From the NCBI GenBank assembly GCA_963806085.1, contig CAWDWR010000003.1, positions 943,498 to 1,007,497 of the forward strand: DNA of 64,000 nucleotides, written 5' to 3'. The DNA comes from an uncultured Acidobacteriota bacterium (lineage in GTDB: Bacteria; Acidobacteriota; Vicinamibacteria; Vicinamibacterales; JAKQTR01). This document shows positions 1 to 11,030 of the stretch, in pieces. Position 1 is the stretch's first letter. Every line of letters starts with the position of its first letter. A program made the translations under genes and the position numbers. The notes beneath the pieces are model-generated. The model made no database searches, was not told where the DNA came from, and was given only the letters and a program-made list of their open reading frames with translations.

Positions 1-110
1 GCGTGCTGCTGGCGCCCGCGTGCGCCAGCTTCGACATGTTCGAGAACTACGCCGCGCGGGGCCGGGCCTTCAAGGCCGAGGTGGCCGCGCTCGGGCGCGA
101 GGGGCGATGA
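1..110 (+). CDS. murD: MurD (UDP-N-acetylmuramoylalanine--D-glutamate ligase), C-terminal fragment running off the window start
   Basis: Frame 3 reads LLAPACASFDMFENYAARGRAFKAEVAALGREGR, stop TGA 108-110. This matches the MurD C-terminal ACASFD..F.N...RG..F pattern. It lies upstream of ftsW. Confidence 0.6.
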   Translation, partial: VLLAPACASFDMFENYAARGRAFKAEVAALGREGR

Positions 111-138
111 CGGGAGGGGAACGAGGCGCGTAGGCGGC

Positions 139-270
139 GGTGTGAGCCGTGAGCAGTCGTCAGTCGGCTCTGCGCGGCATGGAGCTGGCTGCTGGGACCC
201 CGCGCGGCCCCGCGCGGGGAGCTGGTGTCCATGCCCAGGATCCGACTGATGACTGCTGACGGCTCACACC
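139..270. repeat. 132-nt compound hairpin with heptad-periodic arms in the murD-ftsW spacer
   Basis: Left arm 139-167 is ggtgtga gccgtga gcagtcg tcagtcg g. Right arm 242-270 is ccgactg atgactg ctgacgg ctcacacc. They are complementary at 27/29 positions. Inner stem is GGCATGGA/TCCATGCC, and the apex is the palindrome CCCCGCGCGGGG. Confidence 0.7.
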
Positions 271-348
271 CGGGCCGGCTGCCCGGGTCGTCCGGTGCCG
301 CTTCCTTTGTCGGTGCAAACGGAAGCGACTTTAGGGTTCCGCACACAC

Positions 349-1529
349 ATGGCACGCAAGCTCAAGTCCGATCGGCTGCTGTTCCTCACGACGCTGGTGC
401 TCGTCGCCGTCAGCATCGTGATGGTCTACAGCGCCTCGAACCAGATGGCGGCGGAGGCCGCTGTCCGGCCGAACGCCTTCCTGGTGAAGCAGGCGCGTCT
501 TCGCCGTGCATCGGCCTGATCGCGATGTTCATCGCGATGCGGGTCGACTACGAGCGCTATCGCGACCCGCGCGTGATCCTGCCGCTCGTCGGCGTCACGT
601 TGCTCGCCCTGGTCGCCGTCCTGGTCGTCGGCCCGGAGATCAACGGCACCCACCGCTGGTTCGCCGTCGCCGGGCGTGGGCATCCAGCCGTCGGAGCTCG
701 CCAAGCTGGCGATCATCCTGTTCACGGCCGCGGTGCTCGAGCGGCGGATGGATCGGATCGACAAGGTCGCAGTACGCTCTCGGGCCCGATCGTCGTCGTG
801 CTCGTGCCGATGGTGGGCCTCATCCTGCTCCAGCCCGACTTCGGCAGCTCCGTGGCCCTGCTGGCCATCGTGGCCGTGATGGTGTTCGCGGCCGGCCTGC
901 CCTGGCGGTACATCGTCTACGGCCGCGCTCGTCGGTCGTGCCGTTCGTGATCGGCTGTCGCGGTGATCGCGCCATTACCGCGTCCGCCGGCTGACCGCGT
1001 TCCTGGACCCGTGGGACGACCGCCTCAAGGACGGCTACCAGGTGGTGCAGTCGCTCATCGCCGTCGGGTCGGGCGGCCTGACGGGGCGCGGGCTCGGCTA
1101 CAGCGTGCAGAAGCTCGGGCTACCTGCCCGTACCCGCACACCGACTTCATCTACGCCGTGGTCGCCGAGGAGCTGGGCCTGATCGGGGCATCGGTGCTGC
1201 TGGCGTGCTTCTGCGTGATCACCTGGCGCGGGCTGAGGACGGCGTCGCGCGCGCCGGACGCGTTCGGGTCGTTTCTCGCGCTGGGCCTCACCGCGATGAT
1301 CGCGGTGCAGGCCTTCGTCAACATGAGCGTGGTGCTGGGCCTGCTGCCGACCAAGGGCATCACGCTGCCGTTCATCAGCGCCGGGGGGTCGTCGCTCATC
1401 ATGAGCCTCGCCGGCATGGGCGTGCTGCTGAACATCTCGCAGCGCGCGTCGGCGACGTACGTAGAGGAGGCATGGTGCTCGGCCGCACGCAGCGCGTGCA
1501 CTTCGTCGGGATTGGCGGCATCGGGATGA
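349..1529 (+). CDS. ftsW: FtsW (SEDS peptidoglycan polymerase), frameshifted in this assembly
   Basis: Homologous pieces lie in three frames: [30 protein letters not shown]; [23 protein letters not shown]; [15 protein letters not shown]; LLQPDFGSS; [18 protein letters not shown]...[17 protein letters not shown]. At least 3 frame changes. The 3' end is uncertain because the open frame overlaps the murC start. Confidence 0.8.
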
Positions 1530-2920
1530 GCGGCATCGCCGAGCTGCTCTCGAATCTCGGCTACGCCGTCAGCGGGTCCGACCGGAAGCTGTCGGAGGTC
1601 ACGGCGCGCCTCCAGACGCTCGGGGTGCGCGTCGCGGTGGGCCACGACGCCGCCCACGTCGGCGACGCCGACGTCGTGGTCTACTCGTCGGCCGTGCGAC
1701 CCGACAATCCCGAGATCGCCGACGCCCATCGGCGCCGGATCCCGGTGATCCCGAGGGCCGAGATGCTCGCGGAGCTCATGCGGCTGCGATCCGGCATCGC
1801 CGTCGCCGGCGCGCACGGCAAGACCACGACCACGTCGATGGTGGCGCTCGTGCTCGAGCGGGCCGGGCTCGACCCGACGGCGGTCATCGGCGGCAAGCTC
1901 TCCGCCTTCGGCAGCAACGCCCGCCTCGGGCCGCGGCGAGTACATGGTGGTGGAAGCCGACGAGAGCGACCGCTCGTTCCTGCGGCTGACGCCGACGGTC
2001 GCCGTCATGACGAACATCGACGAGGAGCACCTCGAGGCGTACCGCGACTTCGACGATCTCCGCCAGGCGTTCCTCGAGTTCGCCAACAAGGTGCCCTTCT
2101 ACGGCGCGTGATCGCCTGCGTCGGACGACCCGCACGTGCGCGGCCTCGTCCCGCGCATCACGCGCCGGGTGATCACGTACGGGCTCGACTCCGCCGACGC
2201 GGACGTGCGCGGCACGGCGTGCGTGCAGGAGGGCGGCACGTGGGCCTGCCAGGTCGCTGCCGGGCCCGGGCCTGAAGGACGCTGCCGGGCTCCGCGAGCC
2301 GCCGGCGTCGCCGCTGTGCACGCTGCGGCTGCCGATCCCGGGCCGCCACAACCTCCAGAACGCGCTCGCGGCGGTGGCCGTCGGCCTCGAGCTGGGCATC
2401 GACGCCGGCACCGTGGCCGGCGCCCTGGCGGCGTTCCACGGCGCCGACCGGCGCTTCCAGCGCCTCGGCGAGGCGGCCGGCGTCCTGGTCATCGACGACT
2501 ACGGCCATCACCCGACCGAGATCCGCGCGGTGCTCGACGCCGCGCGCGCCTCGCTCGGCCGGCGCCTGATCGTCGCCTTCCAGCCGCATCGCTATTCGCG
2601 CACGGCCCGGCTGATGGACCGCTTCGGGCCGGCGCTCGCGCAGGCCGACGAACTCGTGCTCGCCGACATCTACGCCGCGGGCGAGGACCCCATTCGCCGG
2701 CGTGACCGTCGAGGCGCTGGCCGACGCCATCAGGCCGGCGCTCGGGGGCCGGCTGCACCTGGCCCGCACCCTCGACGACGTCGTCGGCGTCGTGGCCGCG
2801 CTGGCGCGGCCGGGTGACGCCGTCATCACGCTGGGCGCCGGGTCGATCGGCACCGTCGGGCCGAGGGTGCTCGCCGCCCTCGGACCGCCGCGAAGGAGGG
2901 CGGGCCTGACATGTCGGTGA
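1472..2920 (+). CDS. murC: MurC (UDP-N-acetylmuramate--L-alanine ligase), frameshifted in this assembly
   Basis: GGAGG then ATG at 1472. Motifs: [47 protein letters not shown]. Frame changes occur near 1925 (extra g in a G run) and near 2700. Confidence 0.85.
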
Positions 2921-3795
2921 CCGCCCCGGCCGACCGCCGGTTCCGACGCAGCCAGATGCCCGCCACAGGCGGCGCCACCTGCGCGCGCGCCCCTGGTGGC
3001 GCGTGGCGAAGATCGCGGCGCTGGTGGGCGCTGGTCGCGGGTGCGGGATCCTGGGCCGCCGGCGCGGCCGCGGACCTGCCGTGGCTTCGCGTGCAGCACA
3101 TCCGCGTGCACGGCAACCAGCGCGTGCACGCGGGCGAAGTCGCCGCGCTGCTCGAAGGGATGACCGGGCAGAACCTGTTGTCGGTGGACCTCGATCGCTG
3201 GCGGTCGCGGCTGTTCGCCTCCGCCTGGGTGGCGGACGCGACGCTGCGGCGCCGGCTGCCCGGCACGATTGACGTCGAGGTGCGCGAGCGCGTCCCGATG
3301 GGCATCGCGCGCGCCGGCACCGACCTGTTCCTGGTCGACGCGGCGGGCACGGTGATCGACGAGTTCGGGCCGCGGTACGCGGACTGCGACCTGCCGATCA
3401 TCGACGGGATCATCGTGACGCCCGTGTCGGCGCCGCCGAAGATCGACCCTCCGCGCGGCCAGCTGGTGTCGCGGCTGATGTCCGAGCTGCGGACGCGGCC
3501 CGAGCTGGCGCGGCGCGTGTCGCAGATCGACGCGGCCGACGTGCACGACGTGCACGTGATCCTCGACGGCGATTCGACGGTGGTGCGCCTCGGAGAGACG
3601 CAGTTCGCGGAGCGCCTCGACTCGTACGTCAGCCTGCAGGCGACGCTGCGCGAGCAGGTGCCCGACATCGATTACGTGGATGTGCGCTTCGGCGAGCGCG
3701 TGTACGTCGGCGTCGCGCAGGCAGCGGGGGCGGCGCCCGGCCCGCGCACGCCGCCCGTGCCCGCCCGCAACGCGGGCGCGCGAGCCAAACGCTAG
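2911..3795 (+). CDS. ftsQ: FtsQ-like cell division protein (POTRA domain)
   Basis: Intact 294-aa ORF with LRVQHIRVHGNQRVHAGEVAALLEG..NLLSVDL..LPGTIDVEVRER. It sits between murC and ftsA. Confidence 0.75.
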   Translation: MSVTAPADRRFRRSQMPATGGATCARAPGGAWRRSRRWWALVAGAGSWAAGAAADLPWLRVQHIRVHGNQRVHAGEVAALLEGMTGQNLLSVDLDRWRSRLFASAWVADATLRRRLPGTIDVEVRERVPMGIARAGTDLFLVDAAGTVIDEFGPRYADCDLPIIDGIIVTPVSAPPKIDPPRGQLVSRLMSELRTRPELARRVSQIDAADVHDVHVILDGDSTVVRLGETQFAERLDSYVSLQATLREQVPDIDYVDVRFGERVYVGVAQAAGAAPGPRTPPVPARNAGARAKR

Positions 3796-3807
3796 CGAGG
3801 GGGGCTG

Positions 3808-5040
3808 GTGGGACGAAAGGAACGGCACCTGGTCGGGCTCGATCTCGGCACGTCGAAAGTGGCGGCCATCGTCGGCGAGGTCATGGGCAACGGCGAGGTC
3901 GAGATCATCGGGCTGGGCGTGGCCGAGTCGCAGGGCATCCGCCGCGGCGCCGTGGTGAACCAGGAGGCCGCGGTCGAGTCGATCCGCAAGGCCGTCGAGG
4001 CCGCGGAGCTGACCGCCGGGATCGAAATCGACAACGCCTACGTGTCGCTGTCGGGCACGCACATCAAGGGGTTCAACAGCCGCGGCGTGGTGGCCGTGGC
4101 CGGGCGCAACCGCGAGATCACGCGCGACGACGTCCGGCGCGCCATCGACGCGGCCCGCGCCGTCAGCCTGCCCGGCGGCCGCGAGATCCTCCACGTGCTG
4201 CCGCAGGACTTCGTCGTCGACGACGAGGACGGCATCGGGAACCCGATCGGGATGACCGGCGCCCGCCTCGAGGTCAACGTCCACATCGTCACCGGCGGCA
4301 CCACCACGACGCAGAACATCGTCACGTGCGTCAACAAGGCCGGCGTCAACGTGCAGGAGTCGGTGCTCGAGCAGCTCGCCGCGAGCGAAGCCGTGCTGAC
4401 GCCCGACGAGAAGGAGCTCGGCGTCGCGGTGATCGACATCGGCGGCGGCACCACCGACGTCGCGATCTTCGAGCGCGGATTCCTCTGGCACACGGCCGTG
4501 GTGCCGCTCGGCGGCGACCACTTCACGAGCGACATCGCGGTGGGCCTGCGCATGCCGATCCCCGAGGCCGAGAAGCTGAAGCGGCGCTGCGGCTGCGCCC
4601 TCTCGTCGATGGTCGGCGACGACGAGACCATGGACGTGGCCAGCGTCGGCGGCCGGGCGCCGCGCACGATGGCGCGGCGGATCCTGTCGGAGGTGCTGCA
4701 GCCGCGCGCCGAGGAGATGTGCCACCTCGTGTGGGACGAGATCCACCGCGCGGGGTACGAGAAGTCGCTCAACTCCGGCATCGTGCTCACGGGCGGCGGC
4801 GCCAACCTCGACGGCATGGCCGAGATCGCCGAGCAGATCTTCGACATGCCCGTGCGCCGCGGCGCGCCTGCGGGCCTCGGCGGGCTCGCCGACCACGTCG
4901 GCAACCCGTCGTTCGCGACGGCCGTGGGGCTGCTGCTGCGCGCGCACCGGCTGCGGGCCCACGAGATGGCCCAGGCCTCGGGCCGGGGAATCGGCCGGCT
5001 GACCGAACTCGTCAAGGGCGTGTTCAAGGAATTCTTCTAG
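3808..5040 (+). CDS. ftsA: FtsA cell division protein
   Basis: Intact 410 aa with a GTG start. Motifs: LVGLDLGTSKVAAIVGEV, DIGGGTTDVAIF, VLTGGGANLDG. Confidence 0.92.
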   Translation: MGRKERHLVGLDLGTSKVAAIVGEVMGNGEVEIIGLGVAESQGIRRGAVVNQEAAVESIRKAVEAAELTAGIEIDNAYVSLSGTHIKGFNSRGVVAVAGRNREITRDDVRRAIDAARAVSLPGGREILHVLPQDFVVDDEDGIGNPIGMTGARLEVNVHIVTGGTTTTQNIVTCVNKAGVNVQESVLEQLAASEAVLTPDEKELGVAVIDIGGGTTDVAIFERGFLWHTAVVPLGGDHFTSDIAVGLRMPIPEAEKLKRRCGCALSSMVGDDETMDVASVGGRAPRTMARRILSEVLQPRAEEMCHLVWDEIHRAGYEKSLNSGIVLTGGGANLDGMAEIAEQIFDMPVRRGAPAGLGGLADHVGNPSFATAVGLLLRAHRLRAHEMAQASGRGIGRLTELVKGVFKEFF

Positions 5041-5139
5041 CCGTTGTAGACTTTCGAAGACGTGGAGATCATCGATGCCGAACCCGATCGATAACCAGCC
5101 CCCCGCCGGTTCCCGCCTCCGGCCGCGACGCCCTTCCGG

Positions 5140-6361
5140 ATGATGATGGACGACGCGTCGCACACCGGCGCGCGCATCAAGGTCGTCGGCGTCGGCGGCG
5201 GCGGCGGCAATGCCGTCAACCGGATGGTGCGCGAAGGCTTCGATGGTGTCCAGTTCGTCGTCGCCAACACCGACGTCCAGGCGCTTCGCATGAACGCGGC
5301 CCCGATCAAGGTGCAGCTCGGCGAGAAGCTCACCAAGGGCCTCGGCGCCGGCGCCGACCCGTCCGTCGGCCGGCACGCCGCGCTCGAGGACACCGACAAG
5401 CTCATCCAGGCCATCGACGGCGCCGACCTGGTGTTCGTCACCGCGGGCCTCGGCGGCGGCACGGGCACCGGCGGCGCGCCCGTCATCGCCAGCCTCGCGA
5501 GCGAGCTCGGGGCGCTGACCATCGCCGTCGTCACGCGGCCGTTCACGTTCGAGGGGCGCAAGCGCGCGATGCAGGCCGAGGCAGGCCTCGAAGAACTGCG
5601 CGACTGCGTCGACAGCGTCATCACCATCCCGAACGAGCGGCTGCTGAGCACGATCGACCGCAAGACGCCGCTGCTCGACGCCTTCGCGGCCGTCGACGAG
5701 GTGCTGCGCCAGGCCATTCAGGGCATCTCCGACCTCATCCTGCTGCCGGGGCTGATCAACCTCGACTTCGCCGACGTGAAGACGATCATGACCGGCATGG
5801 GCGTGGCCGTGATGGGCACCGGCATCGGCTACGGCGAGACGCGGGCCGTGGACGCCGCCCGGAAGGCGATCTCGAGCCCGCTGCTCGAGGACGCGTCCAT
5901 CGACGGCGCGCGGGGCGTGATCATCAACGTGACCGGGCGGCTCCGACCTGTCGCTCGTCGAAGTGCACGAGGCGTCGACGATCATCCACGAGGCCGCCCA
6001 CGAGGAGGCCAACATCATCTTCGGCGCCGTGATCGACCCGCGCCTCGACGGCCAGGTGAAGCTGACGGTGATCGCCACCGGATTCGACCGGCCCGGCGAT
6101 CGAAGGCCGTCGTGCCGGGCAACGCGGGCCACACGCCGGTGGACCTGGGCAACTACACCTCGTGGCTGAACGGCGAGGGCGCCTCGCGCGTGACCATCGC
6201 GCGGCGTCACGGCGTCGGCGTGGCGGCACCAGCGCCGGCCGTCCCGCTGGCCATGACGCTCGACCCGGCGGCCGGCCAGGACGGGCTCGGCGCCCGCTGA
6301 CGGCGAGGCCGCCGGCGAACTCGACGTGCCGGCCTTCATGCGGCGGGTGAAGCAGGCCTGA
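5140..6361 (+). CDS. ftsZ: FtsZ, frameshifted in this assembly
   Basis: Motifs: [16 protein letters not shown] and the tubulin signature [16 protein letters not shown] frame change near 5935 comes from an extra g in accgggcgg, and at least one more follows downstream. The C-terminal peptide [14 protein letters not shown] ends at TGA 6359-6361. Confidence 0.9.
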
Positions 6362-6545
6362 CCCCGTCCACGTGGTACAGTGCGTACATCCACGGCATCC
6401 TCGATCGCCGGCGCCTGAGCGCGAGATGCCGCAGCGCGGGCGTCGGCGCGGCGCCGGCGCCGGGTGATGGTAGCGCACACAGGCATGGGCAGAACGCTCT
6501 CGTCGCGCATCGTCATCACCGCTCCTCGACCGCGAGGTCGGGTAC

Positions 6546-8238
6546 GTGCGCAAGCCGCACGCCGGCCGCCTTCGCGTCGCCCTCGCGTTCCCGAACACCT
6601 ACCACGTCGGCATGTCCAACCTGGGCTTCCAGACGGTCTACCGGCTGTTCAACGCCCTGGACGACGTCGTGTGCGAGCGCGTGTTCCTGCCCGGCCGGAG
6701 CGAACTGGCGGCGGCGCTCGAGCCGGCCCGGGTCGCTCGCCACGGTGGAGTCCGGCACCCCGGTGCGCGACTTCGACGTGCTGGCGTTCTCGGTGTCCTT
6801 CGAGTGGGACTACACGAACGTCGTCAGCCTTCTGCGCCTGGCCGGGCTGCCGCTCTATGCCGCGGAGCGCGACAGCCGCCACCCGCTCGTCGTGATCGGC
6901 GGGGCCGTGACCTTCGTGAATCCCGAGCCGCTGGCGCCGTTCGCCGACGTGGTGGCGGCCGGCGAGGGCGAGGTGCTCGTTCCGGCGCTCGTGACCCACA
7001 TCGCTGCCGCAAAGGAGCGCGGGACGCCTGCTCGAGGACCTGGCGCGCGAGCGAGGGTTCTACGTGCCGTCGCTCGTCAACGTGCGCTACGGCGCGAACG
7101 GCACGATCGAGGCATTCGAGCCGGTGCCCGGGTCCGGCGCCGCGGTGCCCGTGCGCAAGGCCGCGCTGCCCGCGTCGGCCGGCGGCAGACCCGCCGTCCA
7201 CGATCATCTTCACGCCCGACACGGAGTTCGGCTCGCGCCTGCTCGTGGAAGTCGTGCGCGGGTGCGCGAACCTGTGCCGGTTCTGCTGGGCCGGCTACAA
7301 CTACCTGCCGGTCCGGGCGTTCCCGGCCGACCGGATCCTCGAGATCGCCGGGCCGCACGCGCCCCATGCCAGCCGGGTCGGGCTCGTCTCGATCGCGCTC
7401 TGCGATCACCCGGAGATCGAGCGGCTGCTCGCGGGGTTGCTCGCGATGGGCTACTCGATCAGCCCGGCGTCGCTGCGCCTCGACGACCTGACGGAGCCCA
7501 TCGTGCGCATGCTCCGCGAGAGCGGCGAGCGCTCGATCACGATCGCGCCCGAGACCGGTTCCGACCGCCTGCGGCGCGTCATCAACAAGACGATGACGAA
7601 CGACGAGATCCTGGACCGGGCCGACCTCATCTTCCGCAGCGGCATCGAGAACCTGAAGCTCTACTTCATGATCGGCCTGCCGACCGAGACCGACGAGGAC
7701 CTGGCGGCCATTCGCGATCTGTCGATCGCGCATCAAGGAGCGCATGCTGGCGCACGGCCGGCCGCGCGGACAACTCGGGCGCATCAGCGCCAGCGTGAAC
7801 CCGCTCGTGCCGAAGCCCGGGCACGGCCTACCAGTGGCTGCCGATGGCGCCGCCGGACTCGATCGAGCGGTCGATCAAGCGGCTGCGGGCGCTCGATCGC
7901 CGGCATCGACAACGTGTACTTCTCGATCAAGTCGGAGCGGCATTCCTTCTACCAGGCGCTGCTGTCGCTCGGCGACCGGCGAGTGGCGCCGGTGATCGTG
8001 GCGGCCGAACGCAACGGCGGCCAGTGGCGGGCCGCCGCGGCAGAGGCGGGCGTCGACCCGGCGTTCTACGTGTACCGGGACCGGTCGAACGATGCCGTGC
8101 TGCCGTGGGACATCATCGACGGCGGCGCTCAAGTCGGCCTTCTACCGCGCCGAGTTCGAGAAGGGCCTGCGCGAAGAATGGACGATGCCGTCGAAGCGCG
8201 CCGCCGAGAACATCCGCCTGCTGCCGATGGCCCCGTGA
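6546..8238 (+). CDS. B12-binding-domain/radical SAM protein of uncharacterised function, frameshifted in this assembly
   Basis: N-terminus is RVALAFPNTYHVGMSNLGFQTVY. The cluster motif is VVRGCANLCRFCWAGY (CxxxCxxC). Also ITIAPETGSDRLRRVINK. Pieces lie in three frames. Confidence 0.7.
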
Positions 8239-8253
8239 CCGCCGCGACGATGC

Positions 8254-10020
8254 ATGGCTGAGCCCACCACCCAACCTGCTCTGCGAACCTGGCAGGTGCT
8301 CGCATCGGCTGGCGCGTGCGCCATCGCGTGCGGGGCATTGGTCGCCGCCACGGGCGGCTTCGACGTCGGCCTCGGTCCTCTGCATCTCCGGGCGCACCAG
8401 CCGTGGCGCCTGTTCGGTGCCGGCGCGCTGTTCGATCGGTGCGGCGGCGTGGCTGGGCGGCCGGCAGGTCGGGAGGGCGCTCGAGCGGGCGTGGGACGCA
8501 CCCGGCCGGCATGCCGGCGCGTTCGCGGCTGCGGCCGCCGCTGACCGTCGCCGTCGTCGGCCTGGCGAAGGGCACGTGGGTTGCGGGCGGCGCAGACGCC
8601 TACGGCTACGTGAGCCAGGCGCTGCTCTGGCTGAACGGACTGCCCGTCCGCGCAGAGCCGCTGGCGGCCATCGTGCCGTGGCCGCAGGCCGAATGGAGCC
8701 TGTCGCCGCTCGGGTACCGGCCCGGCCTCGGTCCCGGCCTGATCGTGCCGACGTACCCGCCCGGCCTGCCGCTCGTGATGGCGGCGGCTGCCGGCATCGG
8801 AGGGCCCGGCGCCGTGTTCTGGGTCGTGCCCGGTGCTCGGCGCCGCCGCCGTGTGGCTGACCTATCTTCTCGGACGCCGCTGTGGCGATGCCGCAAGCGG
8901 AACCGCGGCCGCGCGTCCTCCTTGCCGCCAGCCCGATCTTCCTCTACCAGGTCGTCCAGCCGATGAGCGACGTGCCGGTGACGGCATGGTGGCTCCTGTC
9001 GGCCTGGGGCGCATGCGCGCGCCGACCAGCCGTGGCGGGTGCGGGCGCGGCAGCGGCCGTCGCTGACACGCCCGAACCTCGCGCCCGGTCGCAGCCGTCA
9101 TCATCGTGGCGGTGCTCGTGCATGACTACGCCAGGAATCGGAGCGTGGGTGCCGCGCTGCGGGCCGGCGTCCTGTTCGCGTTCCCGCTCGCCGCGTCGGC
9201 AGCGTTCCTCGCCTGGTTGAACATGCGGCTCTATGGATCGCCGTTCGTGTCGGGCTATGGGCCAGCGTCCCAACTGTTCGCCCTGGACAACATTCCCAGC
9301 AATGCAGCCCGGTACGTGCGCTGGCTCCTCGACACGCAGACGCCCATCCTGCTGTTCGGCCCTGGCGGCTCCGGCCGTCGCGGCCTGGCGGCGGCGCCGG
9401 AGGCCCGGACGCGCCCTCGACGGGACATGAGTGGTTCGGCCTCGCGTTTGCGGCGGCTCGTCACCGCCTGTTACCTGCCGTACTCGACCTTTGACGACTG
9501 GTGGTACCTGCGTTTCCTGCTTCCCCTGATTCCGGTCCTGCTCATCCTCGCGATGGCGGTGCTGGTCCAGGCTGGTCTCGCTCGCGCCGGCGGCGCTTCG
9601 CGTGCCGATGCTCGTCGACCGTGGTGGGGCTGCTCGCGTCCTACGGCGTTTCGCTGGCCGTCGAGCGCGACGCCTTCGCCCTGCAGCGGCTCGAAAGCCG
9701 GTACGCGGCGGCGGGCGCGTTCGCCTCCCGAGAGTTGCCTGCCAACGCCGTCCTGCTGAGCGTCCAGGAGAGTGGACCGCTGCGGATGTATGGCGCCCGT
9801 CCCACCGTGCGGTTCGACTACATCGATCCGCAGGGCCTGGACGCCGCCGTGCAGTTTCTCGATCGCGCGGGGTACCGGCCGTACTTCGCCCTCGAGTCCT
9901 GGGAGGAGGCCCAGTTCCGCGACCGGTTCTCCCGCTACAGCACGCTGGGCCTCCTCGATTGGCCGCCGATGGCCGACGTCGGCAGGCCGGTGAGGGTGCG
10001 CTTCTACGGCGAACCGGCAC
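8254..10020 (+). CDS. Polytopic membrane protein, GT-C/ArnT-PMT_2-like glycosyltransferase candidate, heavily frameshifted; 3' end approximate
   Basis: Hydrophobic segments lie in several frames: YVSQALLWLNGLPVRAEP, PTYPPGLPLVMAAA, LAASPIFLYQVVQPMSDVP, FLAWLNMRLYGSPFVSGYG, WWYLRFLLPLIPVLLILAM. A soluble C-terminal part contains RFDYIDPQGLDAAVQFLDRAGYRPYFALE. Confidence 0.45.
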
Positions 10021-10351
10021 GACCGGCCGCGGTTCCTCGCCGGGCGTCTACTCGGCCGCTGACGAGCTGTTCTTCGTACTCGGCGTACGCCTGCAGGATG
10101 AACTCGCGCACGCGGTCCTGGGCTGCCGCGTCCACCACCGGGCGCAGGAGCGCGAAGCTGCGCCGCTCGCCGTTCACCGAGTACTGCCGGGCCGGGAACG
10201 TGACGTTGCGGCCGTTGCCGTTCTTCCGCTCCCAGATGCCGAAGCCGATGAGCTTCAGGCCGTCGAGCGTGCCTTCGCTGAAGTGCAGCTCGGCGTCGGC
10301 GAGCTTGCCGGGCGGGTTGCCGCGGTCGTTCGGAGCGAACTTGACTACCAT
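10004..10351 (-). CDS. Conserved hypothetical small protein (SpoVG-like family suspected from recall)
   Basis: Starts at the internal ATG MVVKFAPNDRGNPPGKLADAELHF..LKLIGFGIWERKNGNGRNVTFPARQYSVNGERRSFALLRP. Reads cleanly in one frame. Confidence 0.5.
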   Translation of the reverse strand: MVVKFAPNDRGNPPGKLADAELHFSEGTLDGLKLIGFGIWERKNGNGRNVTFPARQYSVNGERRSFALLRPVVDAAAQDRVREFILQAYAEYEEQLVSGRVDARRGTAAGRAGSP

Positions 10352-10634
10352 GACGTGCTCCTCGAGCCGCGTCCCGTGCCGCGCCCGGCCGACGGCGGAT
10401 GGGGTGGTCGCGGGCCGGCATGGTCGGTGGACCCGGGCGCAGAGAGCGGCGTGCTGAAAGCCGGCTCGCGACACGGTGAGGAGCGGAGCAAGGGCGGTGC
10501 CCGGCAACGCCGATGTCAGGGTGATGCGGCAAGATGCAAGAAGGCACGGCAGATCCGGCGCGAGTCCGGAGACCGGGTCCCGCGAGCCCGCGCGGCGCGA
10601 CCGCGATCCGACAACCGCTGTTGCGGACTGCCTG

Positions 10635-11019
10635 TCAGTCAGCCTTAAAGAGGAGCACTTGAGCCAGCGCGAGCGTGTCGGCGTGCGTGATCGTGAGCAG
10701 CGAGGACGTGGCGCCGCTTCGCTGGAAGTGCGCGAGCGCGCGCGCCGCGGAACACGAGCCGGGGAGGCCCGCCGCCGCGCACCACCTCGATGTCGCGCCA
10801 GGTGACGCCGCGCGTGAGCCCGGTGCCCAGCGCCTTCATGGCGGCTTCCTTGGCGGCGAACCGGCCGGCGTAGTGGGGCGCGGGACGGTACTTGGCTGAG
10901 CAGTAGGCGATTTCGGCGTCCGTGAAGATACGATGGATGAACCGGTCGCCGTAGCGCGCGATCGCCCGCTCGACCCGCGGGATGTCGGTGGCGTCGAGGC
11001 CGATGCCAAGGATCGTCAT
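10635..11019 (-). CDS. acpS: Holo-[acyl-carrier-protein] synthase, one frameshift in this assembly
   Basis: MTILGIGLDATDIPRVERAIARYGDRFIHRIFTDAEIAYC..RFAAKEAAMKALGTG. The C-terminus continues in another frame as ARALAHFQRSGATSSLLTITHADTLALAQVLLFKAD, with stop at 10635-10637. Confidence 0.85.
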
Positions 11020-11030
11020 AGGACTCCAGT

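Noticed and set aside
2173-6519. A 1448-aa ORF on the minus strand spanning ftsQ, ftsA and ftsZ
   Set aside because: It is antisense to four well-supported plus-strand genes. Its composition is Arg/Ala/Gly/Pro-dominated, as expected for the opposite strand of GC-rich genes. No recognisable motif is present. Stop-codon scarcity at about 70% GC explains its length.
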